A DNA stretch of 64,000 nt from Vicugna vicugna (Eukaryota). The position numbers and the translations under genes were made by a program. The notes below the pieces were generated by a model. The model saw only the letters and a program-made list of their open reading frames with translations, had not been told where the DNA came from and did not search any database. Position 1 is the first letter of the stretch. The number at the start of each line of letters is the position of its first letter. Positions 49,323 through 62,213 of this stretch are shown in pieces. The stretch is taken from contig MU057880.1 of the NCBI GenBank assembly GCA_013265495.1, positions 1,022,527 through 1,086,526 on the forward strand. Reading direction: 5' to 3'.

Positions 49323-52300
49323 GGTGAAAGCCCTTGTTCTAGATGACTTTCTTAGATCTGAGCCCATTCTAGGACTGGACCACATATAATTAATGGCTTT
49401 ATAACAGTTGCATCATCCGCAGCACATACATGCCTTTCCCTGTTCCCTCCGCTGCCTGTACCTCAGAGCCAGCTAGGTGATTTCACTGTGTTCTTCTTTT
49501 ATCTCTGAAGGCTTGCACTCTGCAAACATTGTTTATTTTTGTTCAATCCCATGTGGCCTCAATGCTTCCTTTGATTCCTTCATGACACACTGCCTTGTTA
49601 AATTCCATTCCTGACCAGTACCACATTCAGTCTCCATTTATCTATCCAGGCATCCATGATAACTCTTCCACAGGCAAACTGTTGAGAGGATATAGTCATC
49701 TTAACATATTTGGCCTTGGCTTATCTGTTTGCATGTTAATTTAATAATTCTAGCCTGTGTGCCTGCATGTCCGTCTTATGTGTCTGTCTTCGGTCTGTAC
49801 TTAGAGGGGAGGGAGGACATGTACTTAATTTATTCTCCTAGGTAATCATGATAATGGACCAGGAGAGAGTATGGAACTTGCTACATCTATTAGCTTAGAA
49901 ACTTTGAAAAAGATGCCTAAGAGAACAGCAGCATGCCAAGAAGATTTGTACAGATTTTTTTCCATTAAAGTGGACTTGATGGACAGTCGATTTGCCCCAG
50001 TAGTTCACGTCCAAACTGGGGATGGATGCTCAGTTGCTGAGAAAAGTTATTAAACGTCAACTAACAAAATAATCCCTTTTTCCAGGGAGCAGAAATTCCT
50101 GTGCTATGAGCTCGGGACAGCAGGGGTAAGGACTGCAATCAGGAGGGCAGAAATAAAAATCTATATTTAACTCAGCCAAGCTTGCCACCTCTCCTGATCT
50201 CAACACAAAGAGGGGAGGTTAAATGGAGGTTATGAGGAGCTGACGGACAGCGTGATGGGTGATGTCTTCACGTCTAAGTTTGAAATGTGTGAGAAAGTAG
50301 GAACATTTATAAACCATGGGGCAGTTTTGCAATTTCCAGCAAATCAGCTGCAACAGAGAAAGCACAAATGGCAAATATCTGGACCACTGAAAATGAGTCC
50401 AACATCTCCAGTCTGCTCTGGGAAAAACCTATTAAAATACCAAAAGGCCGGGGTAGGGCGGGAGCAGCTGAGGATGAGAGAAAAGGGAGACAAGAAAGAT
50501 GTGGATGGGAGTGGACATGGGAGTGGCCATAGTGGCACGTGATTGGCGTTCTCAGTGCTGATGCACCTGAGGTCTTAATTAGTTATTCTCATTCATTTAT
50601 AACTGTGATGTGTGTCCTGTATAAACTCTTCCCCAAAAGCTGCGTGGGGTGGCTTCTCTGACCTCTCTCAGCAGAGCCAGGCACACACATTTAGACACGC
50701 TGTTCAGAATTTGTCAATTCATGTCGATTTGCACATCTCAGTCTCTAACATTTCAATTTTCAGTCTGTAAAGTCAGGTTTATCTTTTTAAAAATGGCTGC
50801 AACTACAGAAGTCATGCACGATCATGACTTCCTTACATGGAGTATTGGAACCAACTTACTAAATATTGCAAAAATCAGCCCAAAATGTCCATGAATAGCT
50901 GCAAAATGGGGCTGGGTGGGGGAAGACCTGCATACAGTGTGTTTAATATGCAACTGTCCTCTAATCGGTGAGGAGGGGATCTTAGGGAGAAGAGGTGGGT
51001 AGAAATAAGAATTCTGATGACAAGGTTTGGAACCAAGAGGGGACAGTTTCTTTCACGTAGATTTTGTCCGGAGGGGTGGTGAGATAGACTAAGAAAGAGA
51101 GAAAACCATTGAGATTTAAAAGGAGAAATCAAGTGCGAGGGGAGGAAGGGGACCTGGTTGATTAGAACTGGGTGTCAAATCTGGGCCCCCCGGAGGCCCT
51201 ATGAGGAGGAGCTGCTGGAATTCCACGTGGAGGGATGGGAAGGGAGAAACTGACCACAGAGCAGGGTCAAAACCCCAAGGCAGTGGGAACATGGCCAAGG
51301 AGATTCATACACAGTGTTCCCTTTATTTCAATGCCTGGAGCCAAAATGCAAAGACAGCCTCACCCTGCCAGGTGAACAGGAAGTCGAGCCGGCAGAGAGA
51401 ATTTACTACCAGCGTGGGAGTTATTTGCTAGCAAATCATGAATGGCAGATACCTTTGGGTAGCATCGCACGGCAGTGAAGTTGGGTTGCCTGGCTTCTGT
51501 AAGCCTCCTTTAAATCCCCAGGAAGCTGTAAAACACATGACTCCATCTCAGGAAATCGTGTGTGTGCCAAAGTGGGGCAAAGGAGGAAACAATGAGTTTG
51601 GGGGGCTCTACTCTGTATGAGCAGATCTCAACTGTACCTCCTCCCCCTCCTGTACCTCAAGTACCAGGCTCAGCACAGGCACAGAGGCAGAAGACTCAGT
51701 AGTTTGGGGGTTGGGGAGGAAGGGGTTATAGGAGAGGTGAAGCACGTAGGTATTTGGTGCCTAAGCTACTTGCGGAAATCTAGGGGAAAGAGGGCACTGT
51801 CTTGAAAGGAGAGGCAGAGAGATTCTGAGAGTACAGATGCCTCCTGGGAAGCAGACGGTTTCCTTCCTCCTGTCCAGCAACCCTCAGTGTCCCGCAGCCT
51901 GCAGCCCACAGCCTCCCCCGCCTGGGTGGGATGCCCCAGGGCCCCGTGCCTTCGTCTGCACAGTGCGTGATGAAAACACTGCATCTTTAAAGATGACGTA
52001 GTTGTCTGGGGAGCAGCATGGGCGCGAGGAACGTGGATGCGAAAACACCCACTGGATCTGAATTCACTCTGAAAAGTATAGGAGCCCCTTTCTTGTGGGT
52101 TCCTCCGGGCCTGACTGCAGGCCTGGACTCAGGAAGGTGTAACCAGGACCCCTCTCTCCTCTGCCTAGTCTCTCCTGGGTTGTAAGAATGGTTTAAAATG
52201 TCGATCTGCCAGACAGGTATGTGGAACGGGATGATACCAGCGTAGCAGATCAGCAAATCTCAATTTTTGAGGCTAGGACTGTGCTGGATAATAAATGTAT

Positions 52301-52388
52301 GCGAATAACCTTGGTCTAGGTTCTTTGACGCTTCACCCTCTATCCTTCTTGCGAGACTGGAGACCCGCTTTCAGCAGTGAGTAAAGAC

Positions 52389-52508
52389 GGGGAGGGCACA
52401 GCTCAGTGGTGGAGCACGGGTTCTTACTCAGCACTGGGTCCTGGGTTCCATCCCCAGCACCTCCATTAAGTAAATAAATACCGAATTACCTCCCCCTCTC
52501 CAAAAAAA
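52389..52508 (+). mobile_element. tRNA-derived SINE (Vic-1-like)
   Basis: A/B boxes and shared tail. TSD agtgagtaaag (52376-52386 / 52509-52519). Confidence 0.9.
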
Positions 52509-52820
52509 AGTGAGTAAAGGATAAGGAAGCTGACAGCAAAAGGGAGCCCAGCCACCTGGCCTCCGTCTCCTCCTGGGCGAGAAATGAGGGCGTTGAACTC
52601 TAGAAGCTTTATGTTGAACTCAAAAAGTCTAATTTTATGAAACTTAAATTAAAAAAAAAATACTTGAGAGACAGAAGAGGAAACTGTTTAACCAAATTGC
52701 AATTTACTGGTGACTCAGACAGCTGGAGGCAGAAAAAGAGACTTCATATAATTTTTCCTTAAATGAATTAGATAAGAATCAAGAGAAAAGACTGTTAGGA
52801 GACAATAGTACAACTAAATT

Positions 52821-53239
52821 TTTTTTAATTGAAGTACAGCTGATTTACAATGTTGTGTTAGTTTCTGGTGCACAGCATAGTGATTCAGTTATACATATAT
52901 ATATATTCTTTTTCATATTCTTTTTCACTATAGGTTATTACAAGATATTGAATATAGTTCCCTGTGCTATACAGTAGGTCCTTGTTGATTATCTATTTTA
53001 TATACAGTAGTGTGTGTATGTTAATCTCAAACTCCTAATTTATCCCACCTCCCCTTTGTAACTGTAAGTTTGTTTTCTAGGTCTGTGAGTCTTTTTCTGT
53101 TTTGTAAATCAGTTCATTTGTGTCATTTTTCAGATTCCACATATGAGTGACATCATATGACATTCGTCTTTTCTCTGTCTGACCTACTCCACTCAGTATG
53201 ATCATTTGTAGGCCCATCCATGTTGCTGCAGTTTTTTTT
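52821..53239 (-). mobile_element. LINE-1 3' fragment
   Basis: L1 3'UTR read antisense. TSD tacaactaaat (52810-52820 / 53240-53250). Confidence 0.9.
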
Positions 53240-54719
53240 TACAACTAAATATTTTTATCAATGAATTAAGTCATGTCATTGAATGGCCTCTCAGTTCAAG
53301 CTCACACTCAACCCTCTACCAAAGACAAACAAAAAAATGACTTAAAATCTCAACTGCCTTCTGGAAAGGGTGAATCTCATTGTTAAAGAATACATCAGTT
53401 ATCGGCTGTCCCTCTCTGTAGCCAGTCCCGTGGGTGGGCATGGGACTGAGTTTGGAGGCAGGAGCTCGACAGGAGAGAGCTCTGGGTGGTCCTTCATGAC
53501 AGAATGAGAACTGAAGCCCCTGGGGCCACGTCAGGATGGAGGTGGGGGACAAGCTGAGGAGGAAAGCGGGGGAGGAGGGGGAGAGGGACCTGTGCACAGA
53601 CCAGAGACCAGCGCTCCACGTGGCCTGGCATAGCCCTTGAAAACGGCCGAGGGTCCCCATCCCCAAAGATCATTCTCACATTTTCAAGAGCACTGATTAT
53701 TTTAAACAGGTATATTCATTATAATAGAAGATTTAAGAAATAAGGAGACTCTAGTTAATTCCAATAATATTGAAATAATTGTAAAATAAATCTATTTAAC
53801 AGAAATCAAATCTCCGAATTACAATAAAATGCACCTATTTTACAAGAAAATAGCAATTTCAAATGCAAATAGCCAGAGACCCCACTTTATACTGTCCTTT
53901 TCCCCCCACTCAACATTTATCTTTGCTGTGCTAGAGACTAATACCGAAATTTGAAATACACACAACTTGCCCCTGTTTAGCTCCAAAGAAGGGAAGGGCT
54001 TCTGGTTTCAGTGATGGACCCTCGTGGTTCTGGTCAGGGTGACGGGTGGAGATGCAGAATTGAAGAGGATGAGAGAGCACTGGATGGCTGTGCGTAAGAT
54101 AGGAACCAGAGCCACTGGGCTGTGGAGGAAACGAGGGGCCAAAATACCCAGGAGGAGGGAGAGGTAGGCTCAGGTAAGAGGTAAGTCACTCGGTACTGGC
54201 CCTTCCTCTGTGTATAGCTCTGGGCCGGGGGCTGCAAACAAACGTGCTTCCCGAGCAAAATCCTAGAGGCAATACAGGTTGAGTCTAACTTTCCTTACAA
54301 ATTATTTAAGCATGTGTCTCCATTCATCAATTTTTGGCACACACTGAGAATGTATGTAAAGCAGATGGTACCAGCTCATAGGAGAGATTTGTAAATACCA
54401 CCTGGGTGGATTTCTCAGACGCCCCTGGGATGGGGAGGGCCTTGCTCTCATGGAAACTTTGTTTTTGTTTGGATTCACCAATGACCTTGGGCTGGTCAAT
54501 ATTTCTCTATTGCTTAATAACTAAAATGGAGAAATATGTAACTTGCTGAAGGATCAGTAGGCTAGATGAGCGGTCCTGTTCTGGTCCCTTTTAATTCTAA
54601 GATACTGTAGCTTTAGAAAATATTAGCACTGAATCAAGTTTTACTAGCACAGGCCTTCCAAGGACACAGACTTGGACTGAAATCTCTTTTGCAAGACCTC
54701 TTAAGGATGATGCCAGGGA

Positions 54720-54870
54720 TGTGACTTAATATTTCTCATTTTCTGTTTCCTATTTTGTAAAGTAAGAATATCACTTAAAGTTGTTACTGGGATAAAGTCA
54801 GATGATACTTGTAAAGCATTTGGCACAGTTCGCAGTCCACGGAGAGCTCTCAGTAAATGGTTGCTATAAT
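54720..54870 (+). mobile_element. MIR SINE
   Basis: gtgacttaat...ctgtttcctattttgtaaagt...tgtaaagcatttggcacagt...ctctcagtaaatgg. Confidence 0.7.
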
Positions 54871-54933
54871 GACCATCACATCCATAACCACCAACACAGA
54901 ACTTGGAATTAACAGGGTGCAAATGCTCACAGT

Positions 54934-55390
54934 GTGTTTGTTGGGAGATTTTTGTTACTGTTTCAGTCTCCTTACCAGTAATGAGTCTATGCAGGTTTTG
55001 TTCATTGATGGATGACTGGGTAAAGTAGCTGTGGTATGTACACACAAAGGAATACTACCCAGCCGTGAAAAGAATGAAATCCTGCCACATAAGACAACAT
55101 GGATGGACGCTAAGTGAAATAAGTCAGATAGAGAAAGTCAAATACCACATGATTTCACTCATATGTGGAATCTACAAAAATAAAACAAAGAAACAAAATA
55201 AAACACAAACTCATGGATATGGAGATTAGATTAGTGGCTGCCAGACAGCAAGAGGGTTGTGGGTGTGAAACGGGTGGAGGGGTCAAGTGTATGGTGACAG
55301 ATGGTAACTCGACCTTGCAGTTGTGATCGCTCTGTAGTGTATGCAAACGTTGAATTATAATGCTTGACACCTAAAAATCATACAGTAAAA
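54934..55390 (+). mobile_element. LINE-1 3' fragment with a short inverted 5' segment
   Basis: About 54934-55002 is minus-strand ORF2 sequence and about 55003-55390 is a plus-strand 3' end. Degenerate TSD aaatgctcacagt / aaatgcttatggt. Confidence 0.8.
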
Positions 55391-55992
55391 AAATGCTTAT
55401 GGTTTTTTCAGTCGAAAAATAAATCTTGCAAGAACACCCAACTCCAGGCATTTCAGCTGAACAATTTTGTCCTAATGTGTAATGAAGCTTGCAGAACTCC
55501 TTAGTTCACAAATATAATAATTTGTTTTTCTTTATTCAGATGACAATGATGCATTTGCACAGACTTGCTCTTTTTTTTTCTATTTGAACAGTAAAAATAT
55601 GATTCCAAATTCAGAGGAGAGCAGTCCAGACTTGTGAGCAACCTTAAAACACGGGAGGTGAAATGTTAGACGCGTCCGTGGTCTGTGTATTGGCAAGTCT
55701 TTTCCTCCAGCTTTTGGAGGTGGGTGGATGCGTCGTGTTCTAATGGTCTGCTTTTCATGTACTAATGGTCTGTCCAGGACCATCCCCCCCGCCCCAATCT
55801 TGGTCCAGGCCAGTGCCAGGACCTAACGCAAATACAGCTGGCGCTGTAGGTATCCGCGTGAAATCTAACAGTGAGGACCTTACCAGCCGGGCCAGTTCTT
55901 GGGGAAATACTAAAGGGAATCAAATTTATATTTGAGCCCCTTCGATTTCCTACTTCCTTCCTTGTTCCCTGCCTGTCCAAAGCATTGGAGAT

Positions 55993-56137
55993 GGGGAGGG
56001 GACAGCTCGGTGGTAGAGCACATGCCTAGTATGCATGAGGTCCTGGGTTCAATCCCCAGCACCTCCATTAAATAAATAAATGTATAAATAAATTTTAAAA
56101 ACATAATTACCTCCTCCCCTAAAAATAAAAAATAAAC
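55993..56137 (+). mobile_element. tRNA-derived SINE (Vic-1-like)
   Basis: ggggaggggacagctcggtggtagagcacatgcctagtatgcatgaggtcctgggttcaatccccagcacctcc plus tail. Confidence 0.9.
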
Positions 56138-56546
56138 GAACTCAGTGTGTTAAGTGAAAGGATTGATTTTTCTTGATGATACTGGTTAAGGGCTGAGTAA
56201 AGCATTTGCTGATAAGGACTTGTGATACAAGAAGTTGCCAAACGAGTGCAAGGGGTCCCCACAGACCATCACCCAGCTTCCCCTCGTGGTGCAATCTCAC
56301 ACAACCATAGGACATCATGAATACTGGGAAATCAACATCAGCACAATACAGCCAACTGGACTATAGACGGAGGAGTTTTTAAGAATAAAGAAATCCTCAA
56401 GGCTAAAAGGAAATCTTTTTTTCCCCCTGCACCTTAATGTGGCTCCTCTCTGTGTGCACCTAGGTTTTTGCCCTGTCTCACTGTTTGATCATCCTTGAAA
56501 CGCTGTCTCTTCTCCACTCTAACCCTTCAGAGCAAGGGTCATGCTG

Positions 56547-56862
56547 CTTTTTTTTTTTTAATTGAAGTACAGTCAATTACAATGAGTCAATTTCTGGTGT
56601 GCAGCACAATGTACCAGTCATGTATATACATACATATATTCATTTTCATATTCTTTTTCATTAAATGTTATTACAAAATATTGAGCTTAGTTCCCTGTGC
56701 TATACTGAAGAAACTTTTTAAAAAATCTATTTTTATATATAGTGGCTAACATTAGTAAGTCTCAAACTCCCAAATTTATTCCTTCCCACCCCCTTTCCCA
56801 GTAACCATAAGACTGTTCACTATGTCTGTGAGTCTGTTTCTGTTTTGTAGATGAGTTCATTA
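56547..56862 (-). mobile_element. LINE-1 3'UTR fragment
   Basis: T-run then aattgaagtacagtc.... Paralogous to 44508-44822. Confidence 0.85.
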
Positions 56863-59183
56863 GGTAACTGTCATTCAATACATACTTTTAGTTAAAAGGA
56901 TGACCAGTAATTGCTTAGGTCTATAGAGGGCCTTCTGTTTTCAAAGTCCTTTTGTACATACTATCTACCAAGAATGTTCAAGGTCTAGGAGAGAGAGCAG
57001 GGACTAAGGAAGCCTTCCAATCTTGGCACTTTTTAGCTTGAGTCTTGTGACGAGGTACTGAATGTCCTGGTCTTGCCTTCCTCATGTGCTTAACTGTGTC
57101 CGTGTAATAGAGTTGTTGTGAAGATTCAAGGAGGTAATTTACCTAATAAAGAACCAAACACACGGGCTCTGGGAGGTAGACAGGGTCAAAGATTTTACGG
57201 CCCTTTTACAAACTAAGGCTCTCAGTCACTGCGGGAAATTACAGAGCAAGGACATGGTAGTGCTGTTAAGCACCTTAAATCTCCCAGGAGAGCACAGTGT
57301 CTTTCCTGGGCAACAGGAGAGTGGATTGAAAAACAAGACTATCAACAACACCCACGGGGTAGTTACAGAGATTTAAGACATTGTCCTTATGTAGTTGACT
57401 TCTCCTTGGCTATCTGCACAGGAGATCCTCTCCTGATGCGGGGAGCTTGGTGATGAGATAAGCTTGCAGGTAAGTCATGGGTGTGGGTTGCTACTTTGGG
57501 GGCACCTATCAAATACTGGCACCATCCCACCCGGTGACAGCATGTAGCCGGGAATCCGACTTGCCTGGCTGGGAGGCGTGGAAGAATGAGAACTCAGTGC
57601 CCTGGACTTACAGGACATTACCAAAATCTTTTAAGGATCCAAAAGATAAATGTGGAAAGGGTTTTGGAGGGCTTTGATATCATCATCTTCATCACTATTA
57701 TCCATTTTCTGCTCATGAAAATAAATTTTTATGGACAGGAGAAAACAGGGAAACAGAATTTTTTTTTTTTTTTTACTGAACGTGGACCATTTTTACCAAA
57801 TGGCTGGGAACACATTAGCCAAACTGCCTGTCAGCTTGCCCTGAATACCTTCCACCCTCCCCTGAACCCCTCACACTAGGATGCTCCTCTGCAAGTATTC
57901 CTTTGACTTATTCAGTCTGCTCACTTCATTGAAATGGAAGAGGAGATGGCAAAAGATGTTCTGGATTTATGAGGCTGTTGGCTGCAAGTGTCAGCACTTG
58001 GATTCTATTAGAAACCTGCGATTTTTGATGTGGCTTACGATTTGACTTTGCACCCTCTAGTTGGAAGATGGAAGTATCAGCAATAAGATTAGAGCTGGAG
58101 AAAGCTGGAAACTAGGGTGTTTCTCCAGGATTTGGCATCATTTCCTCGGTTTGGATGCTGTCTCCCCCTTTAGACCATTAAAGTGGAGTGTACTCAAAGT
58201 CAGGAAGAGAGGAGATAAAGGAAAAAAAAATCACTCTGGGGCAGTACATGCATTAGAATTGGGAGAGTTAAGTTTGCAACTGACTCCCAGACATTCCTCC
58301 GTAGAATGTCTCCGTGTAAATAAACTTCTGCAAACTTTTAAGAGACAGAGAAATGTAAGCATGCTTGTGAACTCCCAGTCTGTTGAAGCTTAGTGATTCC
58401 CAGCATCATAAGGTATAAAAGGTTCCCAGAAGGTTTTCTTTCTTGGTTTGCTTTGATTTTTCTCATCATGTATTACCTGAGAAACAAAAACATCTTATTT
58501 CTATTCACCTGATGTTTGAATAAGGTTTAGTGCTGAACAACTCCTTCCTTTGATTTAAAAAAAAAAAGATTTTCTGAAAAATAAATTAGGGCACACACAG
58601 AGAGGAGGCAAAAAAAAAATCACAATAGCAAAAGGAAAACTTGGGCTCCTCGTGTGTCTGTGGGGTTTCACTGCTTTGTGCTTTCCTTTGTTTTTCTTTC
58701 CAGGAATAATGAGAAACCTTGCTAAATAAAAAAGGAGTTTTCTGAATGCATTTCCCCGGGAGGAGGGTCACTTACGATACGATCACAAAAGACCGGGCAC
58801 AGGAAGGGGAAGAAAGGTACAGAACCCCCCAGGATATGTGAGCGGGGCACATCTTTGGAACACAGTCTCTTTAAGGACCACTCCTCTTGAAATAAACCAT
58901 GACTTATAAAACAGTCGTTAATACCAGTGAGACCTGCTGGTTATTCACAAGCACAGGTTTACACAACACGTTAGCCTTGCTTAACTCTTGAGTTGACAGT
59001 TTATCCCAGTTTTTAACTTAAGTACCAGAAATGTGTCAAGAAGAATGATTCTGAAGGGAGATGACAGTTTTATCAGAAGGAGCATCTGTATCTTAAAAGC
59101 ATACATGTAAGAAACACACGTTTGTACTTTTGATTATGTCATAAAATCCAAAGGCATACAAAATAAACACTGAGCATACTTAC

Positions 59184-59232
59184 AGTATTTCCCCAAAATC
59201 AAGATGTAGAAGAAGACAGGACCAGATGGCAT
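59184..59232 (-). CDS. RXFP1: RXFP1 coding exon 1 (signal peptide MPSGPVFFYILILGKY + 1 nt)
   Basis: Minus strand reads agaaggaaATG CCA TCT GGT CCT GTC TTC TTC TAC ATC TTG ATT TTG GGG AAA TAC T|gtaagt. 49 nt, phase 1, consensus donor. Similar to human MTSGSVFFYILIFGKY. Confidence 0.96.
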
Positions 59233-59720
59233 TTCCTTCTCGCCGGGAAGCAGGTTAAGGCAGGTGAACACAGCCAGGTCCTGGTTTCTGAGCCGCGTGC
59301 AGGCGCGGAGGTTGTGTGCTATGTCCGTCTGCGATCTGAGCAGCTATAAACCTGCCGTCCCTTCCTCTCTCACCGCCTCTCCCTCTCTCTTTCCATTTCC
59401 TCTTCTCTCCTTTATTCCTTTCTCTCCCCCAGAATCTCCCCTCCCCACCCTCCTTCTCTGACAGCCTTGATATCCCTTTTCACACGCACGCACGCACGCA
59501 CGGACAAAGCTGAGCGGGGATGAAAAGTTTCAGGCAGAGAACATGCAGGCTCTTCTTGACTCCAAGCACTATCCTGTTCCCCTGCCCTGCGACAGCTACC
59601 GAGGAGCGTGTGTGGGAACACTGACAACCGTCTGAACAGATCAAAGGCAGCTAGAGGGAAACGGATCTCAGAGACACCTCGCAAGCCCAGACTGCTTTTC
59701 CCCCTAGTGACTCGCGAGGA
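59233..59720 (-). promoter_or_regulatory. RXFP1: RXFP1 5'UTR and proximal promoter
   Basis: Lies directly upstream of the ATG. Purine-rich leader on the minus strand, preceded by a (GTGC)n tract near 59481-59500, resembling the remembered human RXFP1 5' leader. TSS cannot be placed exactly. Confidence 0.65.
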
Positions 59721-60767
59721 GGGGAAGGGCAGAACCAACGGGGCAAGATGCCTTTGTGCGATGAAATCTCAGGCAAGATTTAAGTGTAACGGCAGCCGTC
59801 TTTCATGGTCTGTCTGGGCTGAGGCATTTGAATGATAGGACTTTGTTCAAAGAAAGATCTAGAGGAAGGAGGAACAGATCTTCAGCGTTGTCAGACTCGT
59901 GAGTTCATTGACGGTGGAGTAAAACCTTCCTCGGTTTGAGTCTGTGGCTTGAGAGCTGCGGAGCTGCTGATTCTGGGCTGAGCCTTGCCTCTCCAGAGGG
60001 AAACACCTCTGCAGCCAAGCAGCTGTGATGCTCAGCAGAGGGCACACAGGACGTCTGGCAGAGGTCCTAGTGCACGCAGGTGATTACTACCTGGCAGCCA
60101 CTCATCTGACGATGATTTTGATTATTTTTAGCAGTGGGGGAAAAAGTTTGCAAATGCAAAGAACATTCGCATGGAATGCCTTTGCTTTAAACCAAGCTCT
60201 ATCATTCTTATTTTGCACTATGATCATTTATTGCCAGAACCAACGAGCAGCGTTTGGACATGAGAGATTTGTTTATGAGGTTAATGTCTCCTACCCACAA
60301 CACATGTAGAATCTATTTAAATTACGTGACTTTATATTACTGATGCCAACCTATTTAGAAGCCTATTTCTAAATGGTGGCTAAAAGGTTATAGTAACACT
60401 ACTTTCCTGTCTTCTTGTAGGAAGAAAGGAGACACAAGGTAGAGGAATCTTCACAATTCCTTATTTGCTTAGCAGAGGTGCTTAATGAAGACACCATTCT
60501 TTTGGTGGAAATGCTTATGGTTAACTGAAGTTGAACACTCATTTAATGTTCAATAAGTGTTCCTGACATGTTTACTGTTTATAGTAACACTTGAAATGTT
60601 TTAAGTAGTTAATAATTTTCTTAGATTTATTTTAGAAACAGTGTTTCTGGGATGGATGCCCAGGACACGTCCTGGGCGTGTCTGAAAGGGGGACCTAGAA
60701 GAAGCTTCTCAACATTAACGCTGAGGAACTTGCTTTAGGAAGTGTTTGGCATAAAGCAAGCTATTGA

Positions 60768-60927
60768 GGGGGAGGGCAAAGCTCAGTGGTAGAGCACGTG
60801 CTTAGCATGCATGAGGTCCTGGGTTCAAATCCCAGTGCCTCCACTAAAAACATAATAATAATTTAAAAAATAAACAAGCCTAATTACCCCCCCAAAAAGC
60901 TTAAAATAAATAAATATAAAGTTTTAA
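60768..60927 (+). mobile_element. tRNA-derived SINE (Vic-1-like)
   Basis: gggggagggcaaagctcagtggtagagcacgtgcttagcatgcatgaggtcctgggttcaaatccc. Degenerate TSD agcaagctatt / agtaagctgtt. Confidence 0.9.
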
Positions 60928-61189
60928 ATAGTAAGCTGTTAATACAGAGATTTTCAAAGTAATCTTAATGTTGATGTCAGCTTGGAACGTTTTGCCTGAG
61001 CTGATATAAGGGACATGTATGATTTTGCTAAAACAGCTGTTTAACTGGAGGAAAAGTGTTAGACATTTGTTTTTATCAGGATACTAATTCTTTCTTACTT
61101 CTGGCAAAGACAGAGAATTGGGAAAACTTATTTTATATAGGCGTGTTGCTGGAAAAACACCCAGGAGTGAACACAGGGTCCCCCTACCA

Positions 61190-61385
61190 TACATTGTATG
61201 GGCACTGTTTTTATTTAGGGCCAGAGAATTCTTTATTTGAGGTGCTGTCTTTTGGTTTAGTGGCATCCCTGGCCTCTACCCACTGGATGTCAATAGCACA
61301 CCCTTGCTGCGACCATGAAGGATGTCTCCAGACATGGGCTGATGTCCCCTGGGGGGCAGACTTGCTCCCGGTTGAGAACTGCATT
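61190..61385 (-). mobile_element. MER20-like DNA transposon
   Basis: gcatccctggcctctacccactggatgtcaatagcac...tgtctccagacat...tgtcccctgggggg...ggttgagaac. Confidence 0.78.
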
Positions 61386-62084
61386 GTAGCAAAAGACTCC
61401 CATGAACAAAATTTAAGTACTGATTTTTACCAGCTAGTTAGAATTCTTCTTACCTACATTTAAAGGGCGTTTTCTCATTTTCTGGTTTCACAGCTTTGAA
61501 GACATTTATTAGAGAGTTTTCAAAACAGACATTTGTCAACCTGCACCGTGGGCCCCGGAGGGTCTGTGATGTCACTCCCTCTGTCTGGCTAGGCACATCC
61601 GGGTTTCCACCCCGCATCTGTTGCTGACATGGACTAATGTGTCAGCATTTACAATTAACACATTTTCTTATCTTGAAACCTGTACTTAAAACTTTATTGC
61701 AACTCTCTGAATAATTTAAAAAATTCTTCTATTTGGAAAGCACTTCTGAGAATAACCCAGTGAGTCAAGCCAGACGAACTTGACTGTGCTCCATAGATTC
61801 AAGTTTCTAAGTGGTTTTTCCAGCCCACGACCACTGAAATTCACCACGATGTTCTTCAGCATCATAGCTAAAGGTGACACAATAACTCTTGAGGGCTTTT
61901 GCCCATGCTTCTGAACCTACTGGCCACCATCATTTTCAGCAGTAGAAACAGTCCTGTTCTTAAAGGTTTGTTTGATTGTAGACCTGGGCAAGTCCCAGTG
62001 AAAGAGGCTGGAAAAATCTCAATCAGGGCGTCACGATGTAGAGATATTCAGGTAATGGTGAGCCACCTGATGCAATTAGGATAA

Positions 62085-62213
62085 GAGATTTGCAGATACA
62101 CACTAATATTTATAAAGTAGACAAGGTCCTACTGTATATAGCACAGGGAACTATATTCAATACCTTAGAGTAACTGAGAATGGAAAAGAATCTGAAAATG
62201 AAAAAAAAAAAAA
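62085..62213 (+). mobile_element. Short LINE-1 3'UTR fragment
   Basis: tttgcagatacacacta...gcacagggaactatattcaatacctt...gaatctgaaaa plus an A-run. Confidence 0.8.

Larger units (their letters stand above)
5681..59500 (-). other. RXFP1: RXFP1 (relaxin family peptide receptor 1 / LGR7) gene, 5' portion, exons 1-4; continues beyond the window start
   Basis: Four exons with canonical splice sites join in frame (49+138+105+106 nt). They give signal peptide, LDLa module, GDNNGW linker and LRR N-cap, closely matching the remembered human RXFP1 N-terminus. Introns: 33015-59183, 9474-32876, 5787-9368. Confidence 0.97.
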
